From the NCBI GenBank assembly GCA_964530415.1, contig CAZHAM010000001.1:1-33827 (forward strand): a stretch of 33,827 bases of DNA. The letters run 5' to 3'. Positions within the stretch are counted from its first letter, which is position 1. Every line of letters starts with the position of its first letter. Shown piece after piece: positions 15,930-24,901 of the stretch. The notes beneath the pieces were generated by a model. It had not been told where the DNA came from. It did not search any database and was given only the letters and a program-made list of their open reading frames with translations. A program made the translations under genes and the position numbers. The stretch is from an uncultured Candidatus Saccharibacteria bacterium (lineage in GTDB: Bacteria > Patescibacteriota > WWE3 > UBA101185 > UBA10185).

Positions 15930-16358
15930 TTATTCTAAAACTTTAATTTGAATCTCCGAATTTCTGGCGCCAGGTAATGGTCCTGTAACAAAAATTTCTT
16001 TTTTATCTACATCAATTTTTACTATTTTTATTCCTTTAAGTGTTACTCTTTGTGAACCGTGTCTGCCCGCCATTTTCTTGTTTTTTAAAACTCTTCCGGG
16101 AGTTTGGCTTCCGATGGATCCGCCTGATCTTGGTTTATTCGACTGTCCTCTTGTAGCCATTTCGCCGTGAAAACCCCATTTCTTCATTACGCCTGTAAAA
16201 CCTTTACCTTTGGAGGTTCCGACTACCTCGACATTTTTATCTTCAAGATTCTTGTCAATTTCTTGCAAAGTGCTCACTAAAGTAACAGGTATCACAACTC
16301 CTGATTCTAAAAAGAGCTGGCTCATTTGTATTTTTTTACCTTTAATTGTGTTTTCCAT
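15930..16358 (-). CDS. rplC: 50S ribosomal protein L3, unusually short (142 aa)
   Basis: The N-terminus (GKKIQMSQLF..G..IPVT) and the C-terminal two thirds (GTSKGKGFTGVMKKWGF...GSIGSQTPGRV.KNKKMAGRHG..RVT) match L3. The roughly 65 aa normally found between them are replaced by 12 aa. Confidence 0.9.
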   Translation of the reverse strand: MENTIKGKKIQMSQLFLESGVVIPVTLVSTLQEIDKNLEDKNVEVVGTSKGKGFTGVMKKWGFHGEMATRGQSNKPRSGGSIGSQTPGRVLKNKKMAGRHGSQRVTLKGIKIVKIDVDKKEIFVTGPLPGARNSEIQIKVLE

Positions 16359-16371
16359 CTTTTTAACCTAT

Positions 16372-16393
16372 AAAAAAAGCGCCACAAGGCGCC
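16372..16393 (-). terminator. intrinsic-terminator-like hairpin (possible attenuator) between rpsJ and rplC
   Basis: The minus-strand RNA reads GCGCC-UUGU-GGCGC followed by UUUUUUU. That is a 5-bp all-GC stem (16379..16383 paired with 16388..16392) and a T7 run (16372..16378), ending 14 nt before the rplC ATG. Confidence 0.45.
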
Positions 16394-16455
16394 AGTACAA
16401 CTAAAACGACCTTGTAATTCAACTTTTTTGTAATATTTTAATCATTTTTAAAGAT

Positions 16456-16776
16456 TTACATCTTTATCGCAATACCAACTCCAGCAGGAAGGCTGAGTCT
16501 GGATAGATTTTCTATCGTAGACGGTGTTGGATTTAACACATCTATCACTCTTTTATGCACTCTTAACTCAAATTGCTCTCTTGATCTTTTGTCGATGTGC
16601 GGTCCTCTAATTACTGTGTATCTTTCAATTCTTGTGGGCAATGGAATCGGGCCAACTATTTTTGCGCCTGTTCTAATTGCTGTATCAACTATCTTCTCGC
16701 AGCTCAGATCCATTATTCTGCTGTCATAAGATTTTAGTTTAATTCTAATCCTGTTGTCTTTTATGCCTTTTGCCAT
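16456..16776 (-). CDS. rpsJ: 30S ribosomal protein S10
   Basis: [10 protein letters not shown]...GPIPLPT...[24 protein letters not shown]. Confidence 0.95.
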   Translation of the reverse strand: MAKGIKDNRIRIKLKSYDSRIMDLSCEKIVDTAIRTGAKIVGPIPLPTRIERYTVIRGPHIDKRSREQFELRVHKRVIDVLNPTPSTIENLSRLSLPAGVGIAIKM

Positions 16777-16790
16777 ATTTTCAAAGGTAA

Positions 16791-16811
16791 CCCCGCCTTT
16801 TTAGGGCGGGG
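16791..16811 (-). terminator. GC-rich hairpin between tuf and rpsJ (partial terminator or processing site)
   Basis: The minus-strand RNA reads CCCCGCC-CUAAAAA-GGCGGGG followed by UUACCUUUG. It has a 7-bp GC stem but an interrupted U-tract. Confidence 0.4.
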
Positions 16812-16828
16812 CGCCGATTACTTGTTAA

Positions 16829-18007
16829 TTATGCTTGTACCTTAGTGATTACTCCTGCTCCAACCGTATGACCACCTTCTCTAATTGCGAATCTCATTCC
16901 GTCTTCGAGTGCTACCGGTGTAATAAGTTTGACCTTAAATAATACGTCGTCGCCCGGCATTACCATTTCTACTCCGGAAGGAAGTGTGATCTCACCTGTA
17001 ACGTCAGTTGTTCTGATGTAAAACTGAGGTCTGTAACCGCTGAAGAATGGTTTTTGTCTTCCGCCTTCTTCTTTGGACAAGATGTAAACCTGAGCCTCAA
17101 ATTCTGTATGAGGATTAACTGCTCCGGTCTTTGACAAAACCTGACCTCTTTCAACTTGATCTCTTTCGATACCTCTGATCAAGATTCCTACATTGTCGCC
17201 TGCTTGACCTTCTTGGAGCTGTTTCTTAAACATTTCGACTCCTGTTACAACTGTTTTCTTTGTATCTTTAATACCTACAATTTCAACTTCTTCGTTTACT
17301 TTAACCTTACCTCTTTCGATTCTTCCTGTTACGACTGTTCCTCTACCTGAAATTGTGAAAACATCCTCAATTGGCATCAAGAATGGTTTGTCCAAATCTC
17401 TAACTGGTGTAGGAATGTAGGTGTCAACAGCTTCCATCAATTTTTCGATGCCGGCTACTGCTTCTGCGTCGCCTTCCAATGCTTTTGTAGCGGACCCTCT
17501 GATGATAGGGACGTCTTCTCCCGGGAAGTTATACTTTGTCAATAATTCTCTAACTTCCAATTCAACCAGATCTAAAATTTCAGGATCTTGTACCATATCG
17601 CATTTATTCATGAAAACAACGATTGCAGGTACGTTAACCTGTTTTGCTAACAAGATGTGCTCTCTTGTTTGTGGCATAGGACCGTCAGGTGCGGAAACAA
17701 CTAAGATTGCTCCGTCCATCTGTGCGGCTCCTGTGATCATATTCTTAATGTAGTCTGCGTGTCCCGGAGCATCAATGTGAGCGTAGTGTCTCTTTTCGGT
17801 TTCATACTCAACGTGAGTAATGTTAATTGTAATACCTCTTTCTCTTTCTTCTGGAGCCTTGTCGATATTTTCAAACGCAGAATACTGTGCCAAACCCTTG
17901 GTACTTAATACTTTGGTAATAGCAGATGTTAATGTGGTTTTACCATGGTCAACGTGGCCGATGGTACCAATGTTCACATGCTCTTTGTTTCTTACAAATT
18001 CAGCCAT
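16829..18007 (-). CDS. tuf: elongation factor Tu
   Basis: [22 protein letters not shown], and full-length EF-Tu similarity. Confidence 0.97.
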   Translation of the reverse strand: MAEFVRNKEHVNIGTIGHVDHGKTTLTSAITKVLSTKGLAQYSAFENIDKAPEERERGITINITHVEYETEKRHYAHIDAPGHADYIKNMITGAAQMDGAILVVSAPDGPMPQTREHILLAKQVNVPAIVVFMNKCDMVQDPEILDLVELEVRELLTKYNFPGEDVPIIRGSATKALEGDAEAVAGIEKLMEAVDTYIPTPVRDLDKPFLMPIEDVFTISGRGTVVTGRIERGKVKVNEEVEIVGIKDTKKTVVTGVEMFKKQLQEGQAGDNVGILIRGIERDQVERGQVLSKTGAVNPHTEFEAQVYILSKEEGGRQKPFFSGYRPQFYIRTTDVTGEITLPSGVEMVMPGDDVLFKVKLITPVALEDGMRFAIREGGHTVGAGVITKVQA

Positions 18008-18117
18008 TTTAGTAACCTTTCAAATCAATTAAATAAACTTTTTTGCCATTTTGGCAGGATAGCCTTTTACCTGAACCCTATCTTTTAAATCCTAAAAGAC
18101 AGTTAAACAGGCAAAAG

Positions 18118-18148
18118 AATTTAGCATTTGCTAGTTAAACAAATTATA
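18118..18148 (-). promoter_or_regulatory. candidate internal promoter elements upstream of tuf
   Basis: On the minus strand there is a TATAAT (18148..18143) with no good -35, and an extended -10-like TGCTAAATT (18126..18118). Both lie in the 201-nt fusA-tuf spacer. Confidence 0.25.
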
Positions 18149-18208
18149 GAGCAAAAATCAAGGCTTTTTTGCTTTTCTTAATAGCTAAATCGGCTTTGCA
18201 GACTTCAA

Positions 18209-20287
18209 CTATTTTTTGTTTCCAGCAATTATCTCCTGGGCAATATTTCCAGGAACTTCCTCATAGTGGCTCGGCTCCATAGTAAAGGAGGCTCTGCCCT
18301 GCGACATACCTCTTATTTCGGTTGCGTAGCCGAACATTTCCGAAAGCGGGACTTTTGCGTCTATAACGGTTGCGTTGCCTCTTTGGGAAGTGCCCTCTAT
18401 CTTGCCTCTTTTCGAGGATAGATTTCCTATTACATCGCCCATAAAATCTTCGGGGGTTACAACTTCTACGTTCATAATTGGCTCAAGAATATACCCGTCA
18501 GCTGCAATCTCGGCATCGTGAAATGCTTCTATTGCGGCCATCTTAAAGGCCATTTCTGAAGAGTCAACTTCGTGGTAAGACCCATCGAACAAGGTTACTT
18601 TAAAATCAACAACCGGGTATCCGGCTAGTTTTCCTGATTCCCGAGCCTCTTTTATACCTTTTTCAACTGCAGGAATATATTCCCTTGGAATGGATCCTCC
18701 TACAACTGCGTTTACAAATTCCCATCCTTTACCTCTTTCCTGAGGTTCCATTTTTATATAAACATGACCATACTGACCACGGCCTCCCGTTTGTCTGATG
18801 TACTTTCCCTCTACGGAAACCAACTTGCGGACTGTTTCTCTGTAGGCGACCATTGGTTTACCGGTATTAACCTCAACGTTGAATTCTCGTTTCATTCTGT
18901 CAACGATAATCTCAAGGTGAAGTTCGCCCATGCCGTACAACAATGTTTGGGAGGTTTCATCATCGGTCTTAATCTTTAAAGTCGGATCCTCTTCTAAGAA
19001 CTTTTTTAAAGCCTCGCCCATTTTATCTCGGTCGCTCTTGGTTTTTGGTTCAATTACTTTCCCGATAACTGGCTCTGCGAAGCTGATTGATTCTAAAACA
19101 ATTCTTGACGCTTCCTCGCTTAATGTATCTCCAGTTTGTGATTCAAGACCTACAACTGCTGCGATTTCACCCGCTCGGAGTTCTTTAATCTCTTCTCTAT
19201 GATTTGCGTGCATTAATAAGATTCGACCAATTCTTTCTCTTCGGTCTTTTGTGGAATTGTAAACATACGATCCGGCCGTAATTTTTCCTGAATATACTCG
19301 AATATAAGTGAGTCTACCAACAAAAGCGTCTGTTTGAATTTTAAATGACAAAGCACAAAAAGGACCGTTGTCATCTGCTTTTAACATAACTACTTCGTCA
19401 GAATCTGGTTTATGGCCTTTTATATCCTCTACATCCAACGGAGACGGGAGGTAGTTAACAACGGAATCAAGCACGTACCTTGCGGCAATTCCTCTTCCGT
19501 CGCCTCCCAAAATGGGATAAAACTTGCCTGAAATAGTTGCTTTTCTTATGCTGCTTACTAATTCTTCTTCTGTAATATCTCCTGAATTTAAGTATTTTTC
19601 CATGAGGACATCGTCAAACTCAACGGCTTTTTCAACTAATTTTTGTCTATAGGTCTTTGCTTTTTCAACCATGTCCGCGGGAATTTCCGAAACGTCAAAA
19701 TCGTCCTGCTTCATGTCACTATAGGTGTAAGCTTTCATTTTAACCAAATCCACGTTCCCGATAATATCTTTTTCAAAACCGATGGGTAAATATATAGGCA
19801 AAGCGTTTCCACTTAGTCTCTCGGCAATTGTATCGATACTTTTGTAAAAATCTCCGCCGATCTGATTTATTTTATTAACAAAACACATTCTGGGTACGCG
19901 GTATTTGTCGGCCTGTCTCCAAACTGTTTCTGACTGGGGCTCTACCCCAATTTTTCCGTCAAAAACTACGACTGCGCCGTCTAAAACTCTGAGAGATCTT
20001 TCTACTTCTGCCGTAAAATCGATATGTCCCGGTGTGTCGATAATATTTATTCTATGATCACGCCAAAAACATGTGGTTGCTGCTGAAGTGATTGTGATTC
20101 CGCGCTCTCTTTCTTGAGCCATCCAGTCCATTTGGGTGTCCCCTGTGTGAACCTCACCAATTTTGTGTGTTTTTCCGGTGTAAAACAGAATACTCTCGGT
20201 TGTCGTAGTCTTTCCAGCATCAATGTGAGCAATGATACCAATGTTTCTAATGTCTTCGAGTGGGTATTCTTTTTTGTTTTCAGCCAT
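18209..20287 (-). CDS. fusA: elongation factor G
   Basis: [29 protein letters not shown]-like NKIN, and full-length EF-G similarity. I prefer the ATG at 20287 ([10 protein letters not shown]...). The ORF-track start at 20302 is a TTG. Confidence 0.95.
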   Translation of the reverse strand: MAENKKEYPLEDIRNIGIIAHIDAGKTTTTESILFYTGKTHKIGEVHTGDTQMDWMAQERERGITITSAATTCFWRDHRINIIDTPGHIDFTAEVERSLRVLDGAVVVFDGKIGVEPQSETVWRQADKYRVPRMCFVNKINQIGGDFYKSIDTIAERLSGNALPIYLPIGFEKDIIGNVDLVKMKAYTYSDMKQDDFDVSEIPADMVEKAKTYRQKLVEKAVEFDDVLMEKYLNSGDITEEELVSSIRKATISGKFYPILGGDGRGIAARYVLDSVVNYLPSPLDVEDIKGHKPDSDEVVMLKADDNGPFCALSFKIQTDAFVGRLTYIRVYSGKITAGSYVYNSTKDRRERIGRILLMHANHREEIKELRAGEIAAVVGLESQTGDTLSEEASRIVLESISFAEPVIGKVIEPKTKSDRDKMGEALKKFLEEDPTLKIKTDDETSQTLLYGMGELHLEIIVDRMKREFNVEVNTGKPMVAYRETVRKLVSVEGKYIRQTGGRGQYGHVYIKMEPQERGKGWEFVNAVVGGSIPREYIPAVEKGIKEARESGKLAGYPVVDFKVTLFDGSYHEVDSSEMAFKMAAIEAFHDAEIAADGYILEPIMNVEVVTPEDFMGDVIGNLSSKRGKIEGTSQRGNATVIDAKVPLSEMFGYATEIRGMSQGRASFTMEPSHYEEVPGNIAQEIIAGNKK

Positions 20288-20328
20288 AGTTTTGGGCGTC
20301 AAGTGACGCTAAAATAATATAAATTTGA

Positions 20329-20796
20329 TTAAAACCTTGCAAAATGGGAAAATGCCCTGTTTGCCTCTGCCATCCTATGAGTTTCGTCTCTCTTTTTAAT
20401 AGCGTCGCCCATTCCGGAATTAGCATTTTTAAGCTCCTCTGTTAATTTTTCAACAAAAGGTTTTCCTTTTTTTGATCTGGCAGAACCGATGATCCATCTT
20501 AATGCTAAACCTTCCGATCTTTCGTGCTTAACTGGCATAGGAACTTGATATGTTGTACCCCCAACTCTTCGAGAGCGAACTTCTTGCTGGGGCATTACGT
20601 TTCTTACAGCGTCCTCGAACATTTTGATTGCGTCTTTTCTTTCCTCTGCCAATTTGCTCAACGCTCCATACACAGCGCTCTCAGCGGTAGACTTTTTACC
20701 GTGCCACATAACTACGCTTATCATTCTTGTTACAACTCGGGATTTGTAGATGGGGTCGGGGTTTACAACTCTTTTTTTGACTTTACCAGCTCTCAT
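20329..20796 (-). CDS. rpsG: 30S ribosomal protein S7
   Basis: DPIYKSRVV...GKKSTAE.....AL...QVPMPV...R...ALRWI. Confidence 0.95.
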   Translation of the reverse strand: MRAGKVKKRVVNPDPIYKSRVVTRMISVVMWHGKKSTAESAVYGALSKLAEERKDAIKMFEDAVRNVMPQQEVRSRRVGGTTYQVPMPVKHERSEGLALRWIIGSARSKKGKPFVEKLTEELKNANSGMGDAIKKRDETHRMAEANRAFSHFARF

Positions 20797-20801
20797 ATGT
20801 T

Positions 20802-21221
20802 TTATTTCTCCTTCTTAGCCTTTTTAGTGCCGTAAATTGATCTGGATGTTTTTCTGTTCTGAACTCCGGCCAAGTCATAAATTCCCCGGACTATCGTGTA
20901 TTTTACTCCCGGCAAATCCTGAACTTTTCCGCCCTTTACCATTACTACTGAGTGTTCCTGAAGTCCGTGGCCTTCGCCCGGAATATAAGCTGTAATTTCT
21001 CTTCTGTTAGAAAGTCTTACTCTGGCAACTTTTCTCAAGGCAGAATTCGGTTTTCTAGGAGTCTGAGTTTTTACCTGAAGCACAACGGCTCGTTTAAAAG
21101 GGGCCGGCACTTTTTTTACTCTTCTTTTAACTGTGTTGAAAACCTCTTTCAATGCAGGTACTTTTGCTTTTTTTATTTTAGTTTTTCTTTTTGTCCTTAA
21201 TAGTTGGTTTATTGTTGGCAT
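20802..21221 (-). CDS. rpsL: 30S ribosomal protein S12
   Basis: MPTINQLLR...[17 protein letters not shown]...[24 protein letters not shown]. It starts 4 nt after the rpoC stop codon. Confidence 0.95.
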   Translation of the reverse strand: MPTINQLLRTKRKTKIKKAKVPALKEVFNTVKRRVKKVPAPFKRAVVLQVKTQTPRKPNSALRKVARVRLSNRREITAYIPGEGHGLQEHSVVMVKGGKVQDLPGVKYTIVRGIYDLAGVQNRKTSRSIYGTKKAKKEK

Positions 21222-21225
21222 ATAA

Positions 21226-24200
21226 TTATTCGAATTTTGCTCGTTCTCCCGTAGGAATAAGCCTACCTATGATAACGTTTTCTTTTAGTCCTAACAAGTT
21301 ATCAACTTTACCAGACGCTGCTGCATCGGTCAATACAGAGCTTGTCTGTATAAATGATGCTGCGGACAAGAAGCTGTCGGTGTTTAGTGATGCCTTTGTT
21401 ATACCCAAAAGCTGCAACTTTCCTGTGGCTGGCGTTCCTCCGCCGGCCAAAACTTCTTCGTTCTTTTCCTCAAATGTAGCTTTTGTAGCCAGTTCACCGA
21501 TCATAAAGTCAGTATCACCAGAGTCTTCGATCCTAACATGGTTAAACATCTGCTTCACTATGACTTCGATATGAATATCGTTTAGAGCAACACCTTGAGA
21601 TGAGTATACTTTTTGAATTTCATCAATAATGTATTTTTTGGTCTCATCTACTCCGACGTTTCTCAATAGCTCGGTCATATCTAAGTGTCCTGCTGTCAGT
21701 CTTTCTCCTCGGGCTACGAGCTGTCCGTCCTTAACTACGATTTCTGCTACCGGATCAATATTTTGGTCGGTAACCTGGGGCTCATCGTTTGGATCTGTTG
21801 CTGTAACAATCACTTTTCTTTCGTCGCCGTTTTTAATAACCTTTGCTATACCCGTTATTTCGCTCATTACCGAAAGGTTCTTTGGTGCGCGGGCTTCAAC
21901 GAGCTCTTCTACTCTTGGTAAACCTTGAGTGATATCTTTTCCTGCAACACCACCTGTGTGGAATGTTCTCATGGTTAGCTGAGTTCCCGGTTCTCCAATT
22001 GATTGAGCTGCTGCAACACCTACCGCTGTTCCAAACCTTACAAGTTTGCCTGTCATCAAATCCCTACCATAACATTTCTGGCACAAACCTCTTGTAGTAG
22101 CACAGTGCATGGGAGATCTTACCTCAATTGTTTCGATACCTGCTGCAGATATTTTTTGAATATCTTCTCTTGATAAAACGATTCCTTTTTTAGCGAGGAC
22201 TTCTTTGCCCGATTTTACATCTTTGGCCAAGATTCTTCCCATCATTCTGTCTTCAAATCCCATTAAAAGAGTGCTTTCTCCAACTTTCATTATTCTTCCA
22301 ATGTCGGTACCACAATCTTCTTCTCTAATGATTACATCCTGAGCTACATCAACGAGTCTTCTGGTTAAGTACCCTGCGTCAGCTGTCTTTAAACCTTTGT
22401 CGATTAAACCTTTTCTTGCTCCTCTTGCGCCCACAAAGTATTCAAGTGCTGATAATCCATATTTGTAATTACCTAAGATAGGCATTTCTACGATTTTACC
22501 TGTTGCATCAAAAACCAATCCTTTTAATCCTGCGATTTGAGTGACCTGGCTTCTCGAAGCTCTTGTAGAACCTGATGCGACCAAAATCTTTACCGGATTA
22601 TCCTCTGATAAACCCTCCCATACAGCAGTGTCGATTTCTGAGAAAACGCCATTCCAGACATCCTCCGTTAATCTTTGTGCTTCTGTTCTGGTAATCAAAC
22701 CACGCTTAAAGTTTTTATCGATCTCTGCAACAGCTAATTTACCTTTGCTTATGATATCTTCTTTATTTCCTGGTACTTTAATGTCTGCCAACGATACCGA
22801 TTGACCACAAATTGTTCCGTATTTCAAACCCATATCCTTAATATCATCGATTAATTTAACAACAACTGGATGTTCTTCGGTTTCAAAAGCTTTGGAAATC
22901 GTTTTTGTAACTTCTTTTTTATCCATTGTTTTGTTTAAAAACCCAAATGATTCGGGAATTATTTCATTAAACAAAACTCTTCCTGATGTTGTTTCGATTA
23001 CTTCGCCATGCAACCTAAGTTTAGTTCTTTGTCTCAAATCAAGCTCTTGTGAAACTTCCATTGCGTAAATCATTTCTTCTTTGTCAGCAAAAACTCTATC
23101 AAAGAAAGGAAGTTTGTTATCAATGGCTGTCATGTAGTAAACACCGAAAAGCATAATCTTTGTAGGTATTGAGTAAGGCGATCCGTTTGAAGGATTTAAC
23201 AAGTTGTTTGTTGCCATCATAACTTCTTTTGCCTCTTCGATTGCTTGTTCTGTCAAAGGAACGTGTACTGCCATCTGGTCTCCGTCAAAGTCAGCGTTGT
23301 AACCTGAGCAAACACAAAGATGTAATCTTATTGCGTTACCCTCTATCAGCTTTGGATAAAATGCTTGGATACCGAGCCTCCACAACGTTGGTGCGCGGTT
23401 TAACAAGACCGGGTGTCCTTCGACTACTGATTCCAAAATGTCCCAAACTTCGGGGCTTCTGCCTTCTAAATAAAATTTAGCGCTTTTCACATTAGGAGCG
23501 TAACCTCTTGCAAGTACTTCTCTTAATACCATAGGTTTAAATAGCTCTAATGCCATTTCTTTTGGAATACCGCATTCGTTAAGTTTTAAAGCAGGACCAT
23601 TAATGATAACTGCTCTTCCTGAGTAATCTACTCTTTTACCTAAAAGGTTAAGTCTAAATATACCCTGCTTTCCTTTTATCATGTCGGCGAGAGATCTTAG
23701 CTCTTTTTTACCTCTTGAGACTCTTGTTTTTTGTCTCTGTTTTGACGAATCGAACAATGCATCAACAGCTTCTTGCAACATTCTTTTTTCGTTTCTAACA
23801 ATAATTTCCGGGGCACCGAGGTCAAGTAGTCTTTTTAATCGGTTATTTCTGTTAATTAACCTTCGATATAAGTCATTTAAATCTGATGTGGCAAATCTTC
23901 CGCCTTCAAGCTGAACCATTGGTCTAAGCTCAGGAGGTATTACCGGCACAATCTCGATAACCATTCTGTCGGGAGTAATGCTGGCTCTTCTAAACTGCTC
24001 AACGACTCTTAGTCTTTTGGCTAATTTTCCGGCTTTTTGGCCTTTTGCATTATCCAATTCTTCTCTTAAGCGCTGGGATAGAGCATTTAAGTCCATATTG
24101 GCTAAAATGTTCTTTAAAGCTTCTGCGCCAATCTCAAGCGTACAGAACGTGTCTAAATATTTTTCCAGTGAAATGTATTCGTTTTCCGAGACTACAGCAA

Positions 24201-24897
24201 ACATTTCGATGCTCTCGATTTTTTTCTGAATTAATCTATATGTTTTTTCTTGCTCTTCAAACTTTTTATCAAAAGAATTTCGTAAAGTTTGAACTTTTTG
24301 TCTTAATTTCAAATCTTCCTCACCTGCACCAAAATCGTCTTTTCCTTTTGCTGGCTTAAATTCTTTTTCGAGTTCTTTAATTTTTTCGTCGAGTTCTTTT
24401 TGAATAAATGATTTTGCTCTTTGTAGATCTTTTTCTACATCAGATATTGCTTCTGCTTTTTTGGGCCCTTGTACATCGGTAACAATGAATGAAGCAAAGT
24501 AAACTACAGACTCAACATTTCTCGGTGATAAATCCATTAAAAGTGCCATTTTTGAAGGAATACCCTTAAAGAACCACACATGTGCAACAGGTGAAGCAAG
24601 TTTAATATGCCCCATTCTTTCTCTTCTGACTCTTTTGTGTGTTACTTCAACTCCGCATTTATCGCAAATAACACCTTTGTATCTGATACCTTTGTATTTT
24701 CCGCAGTAGCACTCGTAATTTTTTGAAGGTCCAAAAATTCTTTCGTCAAAAAGTCCGTCTCTTTCGGGTTTGAATGTTCGGTAATTGATTGTTTCAGGTT
24801 TTGTAATTTCACCAAATGACCAAGATAAAAGCTCTTCACCCGAAGCCAAATATATTTTAATTGCGTCAAAGTTTTTTAATTGGTTTAAATCTTTCAT
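21226..24897 (-). CDS. rpoC: DNA-directed RNA polymerase subunit beta-prime
   Basis: Zn-finger CYCGKYKG...CDKCGVEV, catalytic [12 protein letters not shown], and full-length similarity. Confidence 0.97.
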   Translation of the reverse strand: MKDLNQLKNFDAIKIYLASGEELLSWSFGEITKPETINYRTFKPERDGLFDERIFGPSKNYECYCGKYKGIRYKGVICDKCGVEVTHKRVRRERMGHIKLASPVAHVWFFKGIPSKMALLMDLSPRNVESVVYFASFIVTDVQGPKKAEAISDVEKDLQRAKSFIQKELDEKIKELEKEFKPAKGKDDFGAGEEDLKLRQKVQTLRNSFDKKFEEQEKTYRLIQKKIESIEMFAVVSENEYISLEKYLDTFCTLEIGAEALKNILANMDLNALSQRLREELDNAKGQKAGKLAKRLRVVEQFRRASITPDRMVIEIVPVIPPELRPMVQLEGGRFATSDLNDLYRRLINRNNRLKRLLDLGAPEIIVRNEKRMLQEAVDALFDSSKQRQKTRVSRGKKELRSLADMIKGKQGIFRLNLLGKRVDYSGRAVIINGPALKLNECGIPKEMALELFKPMVLREVLARGYAPNVKSAKFYLEGRSPEVWDILESVVEGHPVLLNRAPTLWRLGIQAFYPKLIEGNAIRLHLCVCSGYNADFDGDQMAVHVPLTEQAIEEAKEVMMATNNLLNPSNGSPYSIPTKIMLFGVYYMTAIDNKLPFFDRVFADKEEMIYAMEVSQELDLRQRTKLRLHGEVIETTSGRVLFNEIIPESFGFLNKTMDKKEVTKTISKAFETEEHPVVVKLIDDIKDMGLKYGTICGQSVSLADIKVPGNKEDIISKGKLAVAEIDKNFKRGLITRTEAQRLTEDVWNGVFSEIDTAVWEGLSEDNPVKILVASGSTRASRSQVTQIAGLKGLVFDATGKIVEMPILGNYKYGLSALEYFVGARGARKGLIDKGLKTADAGYLTRRLVDVAQDVIIREEDCGTDIGRIMKVGESTLLMGFEDRMMGRILAKDVKSGKEVLAKKGIVLSREDIQKISAAGIETIEVRSPMHCATTRGLCQKCYGRDLMTGKLVRFGTAVGVAAAQSIGEPGTQLTMRTFHTGGVAGKDITQGLPRVEELVEARAPKNLSVMSEITGIAKVIKNGDERKVIVTATDPNDEPQVTDQNIDPVAEIVVKDGQLVARGERLTAGHLDMTELLRNVGVDETKKYIIDEIQKVYSSQGVALNDIHIEVIVKQMFNHVRIEDSGDTDFMIGELATKATFEEKNEEVLAGGGTPATGKLQLLGITKASLNTDSFLSAASFIQTSSVLTDAAASGKVDNLLGLKENVIIGRLIPTGERAKFE

Positions 24898-24901
24898 GTT
24901 T

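Noticed and set aside
20296-20309. An inverted repeat GCGTCA-AG-TGACGC in the rpsG-fusA spacer, overlapping the TTG start candidate of fusA.
   Set aside because: The stem is short (5-6 bp) with a minimal loop and could arise by chance. I used it only as weak support for preferring the ATG at 20287.
21105-21146. An insertion of about 13 aa near the N-terminus of S12 ([14 protein letters not shown]), relative to E. coli and Thermus.
   Set aside because: B. subtilis-type S12 carries an insertion of comparable length at the same place, so this is a known Gram-positive-type feature and not novel.
21191-21574. A 127-aa + strand ORF antisense to the 3' end of rpoC, plus many similar antisense ORFs through rpoC, rpoB and secA (for example 32004..32489).
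   Set aside because: These are shadow ORFs opposite long conserved genes. They are Ser/Thr/Phe/Leu-rich with no independent signals.
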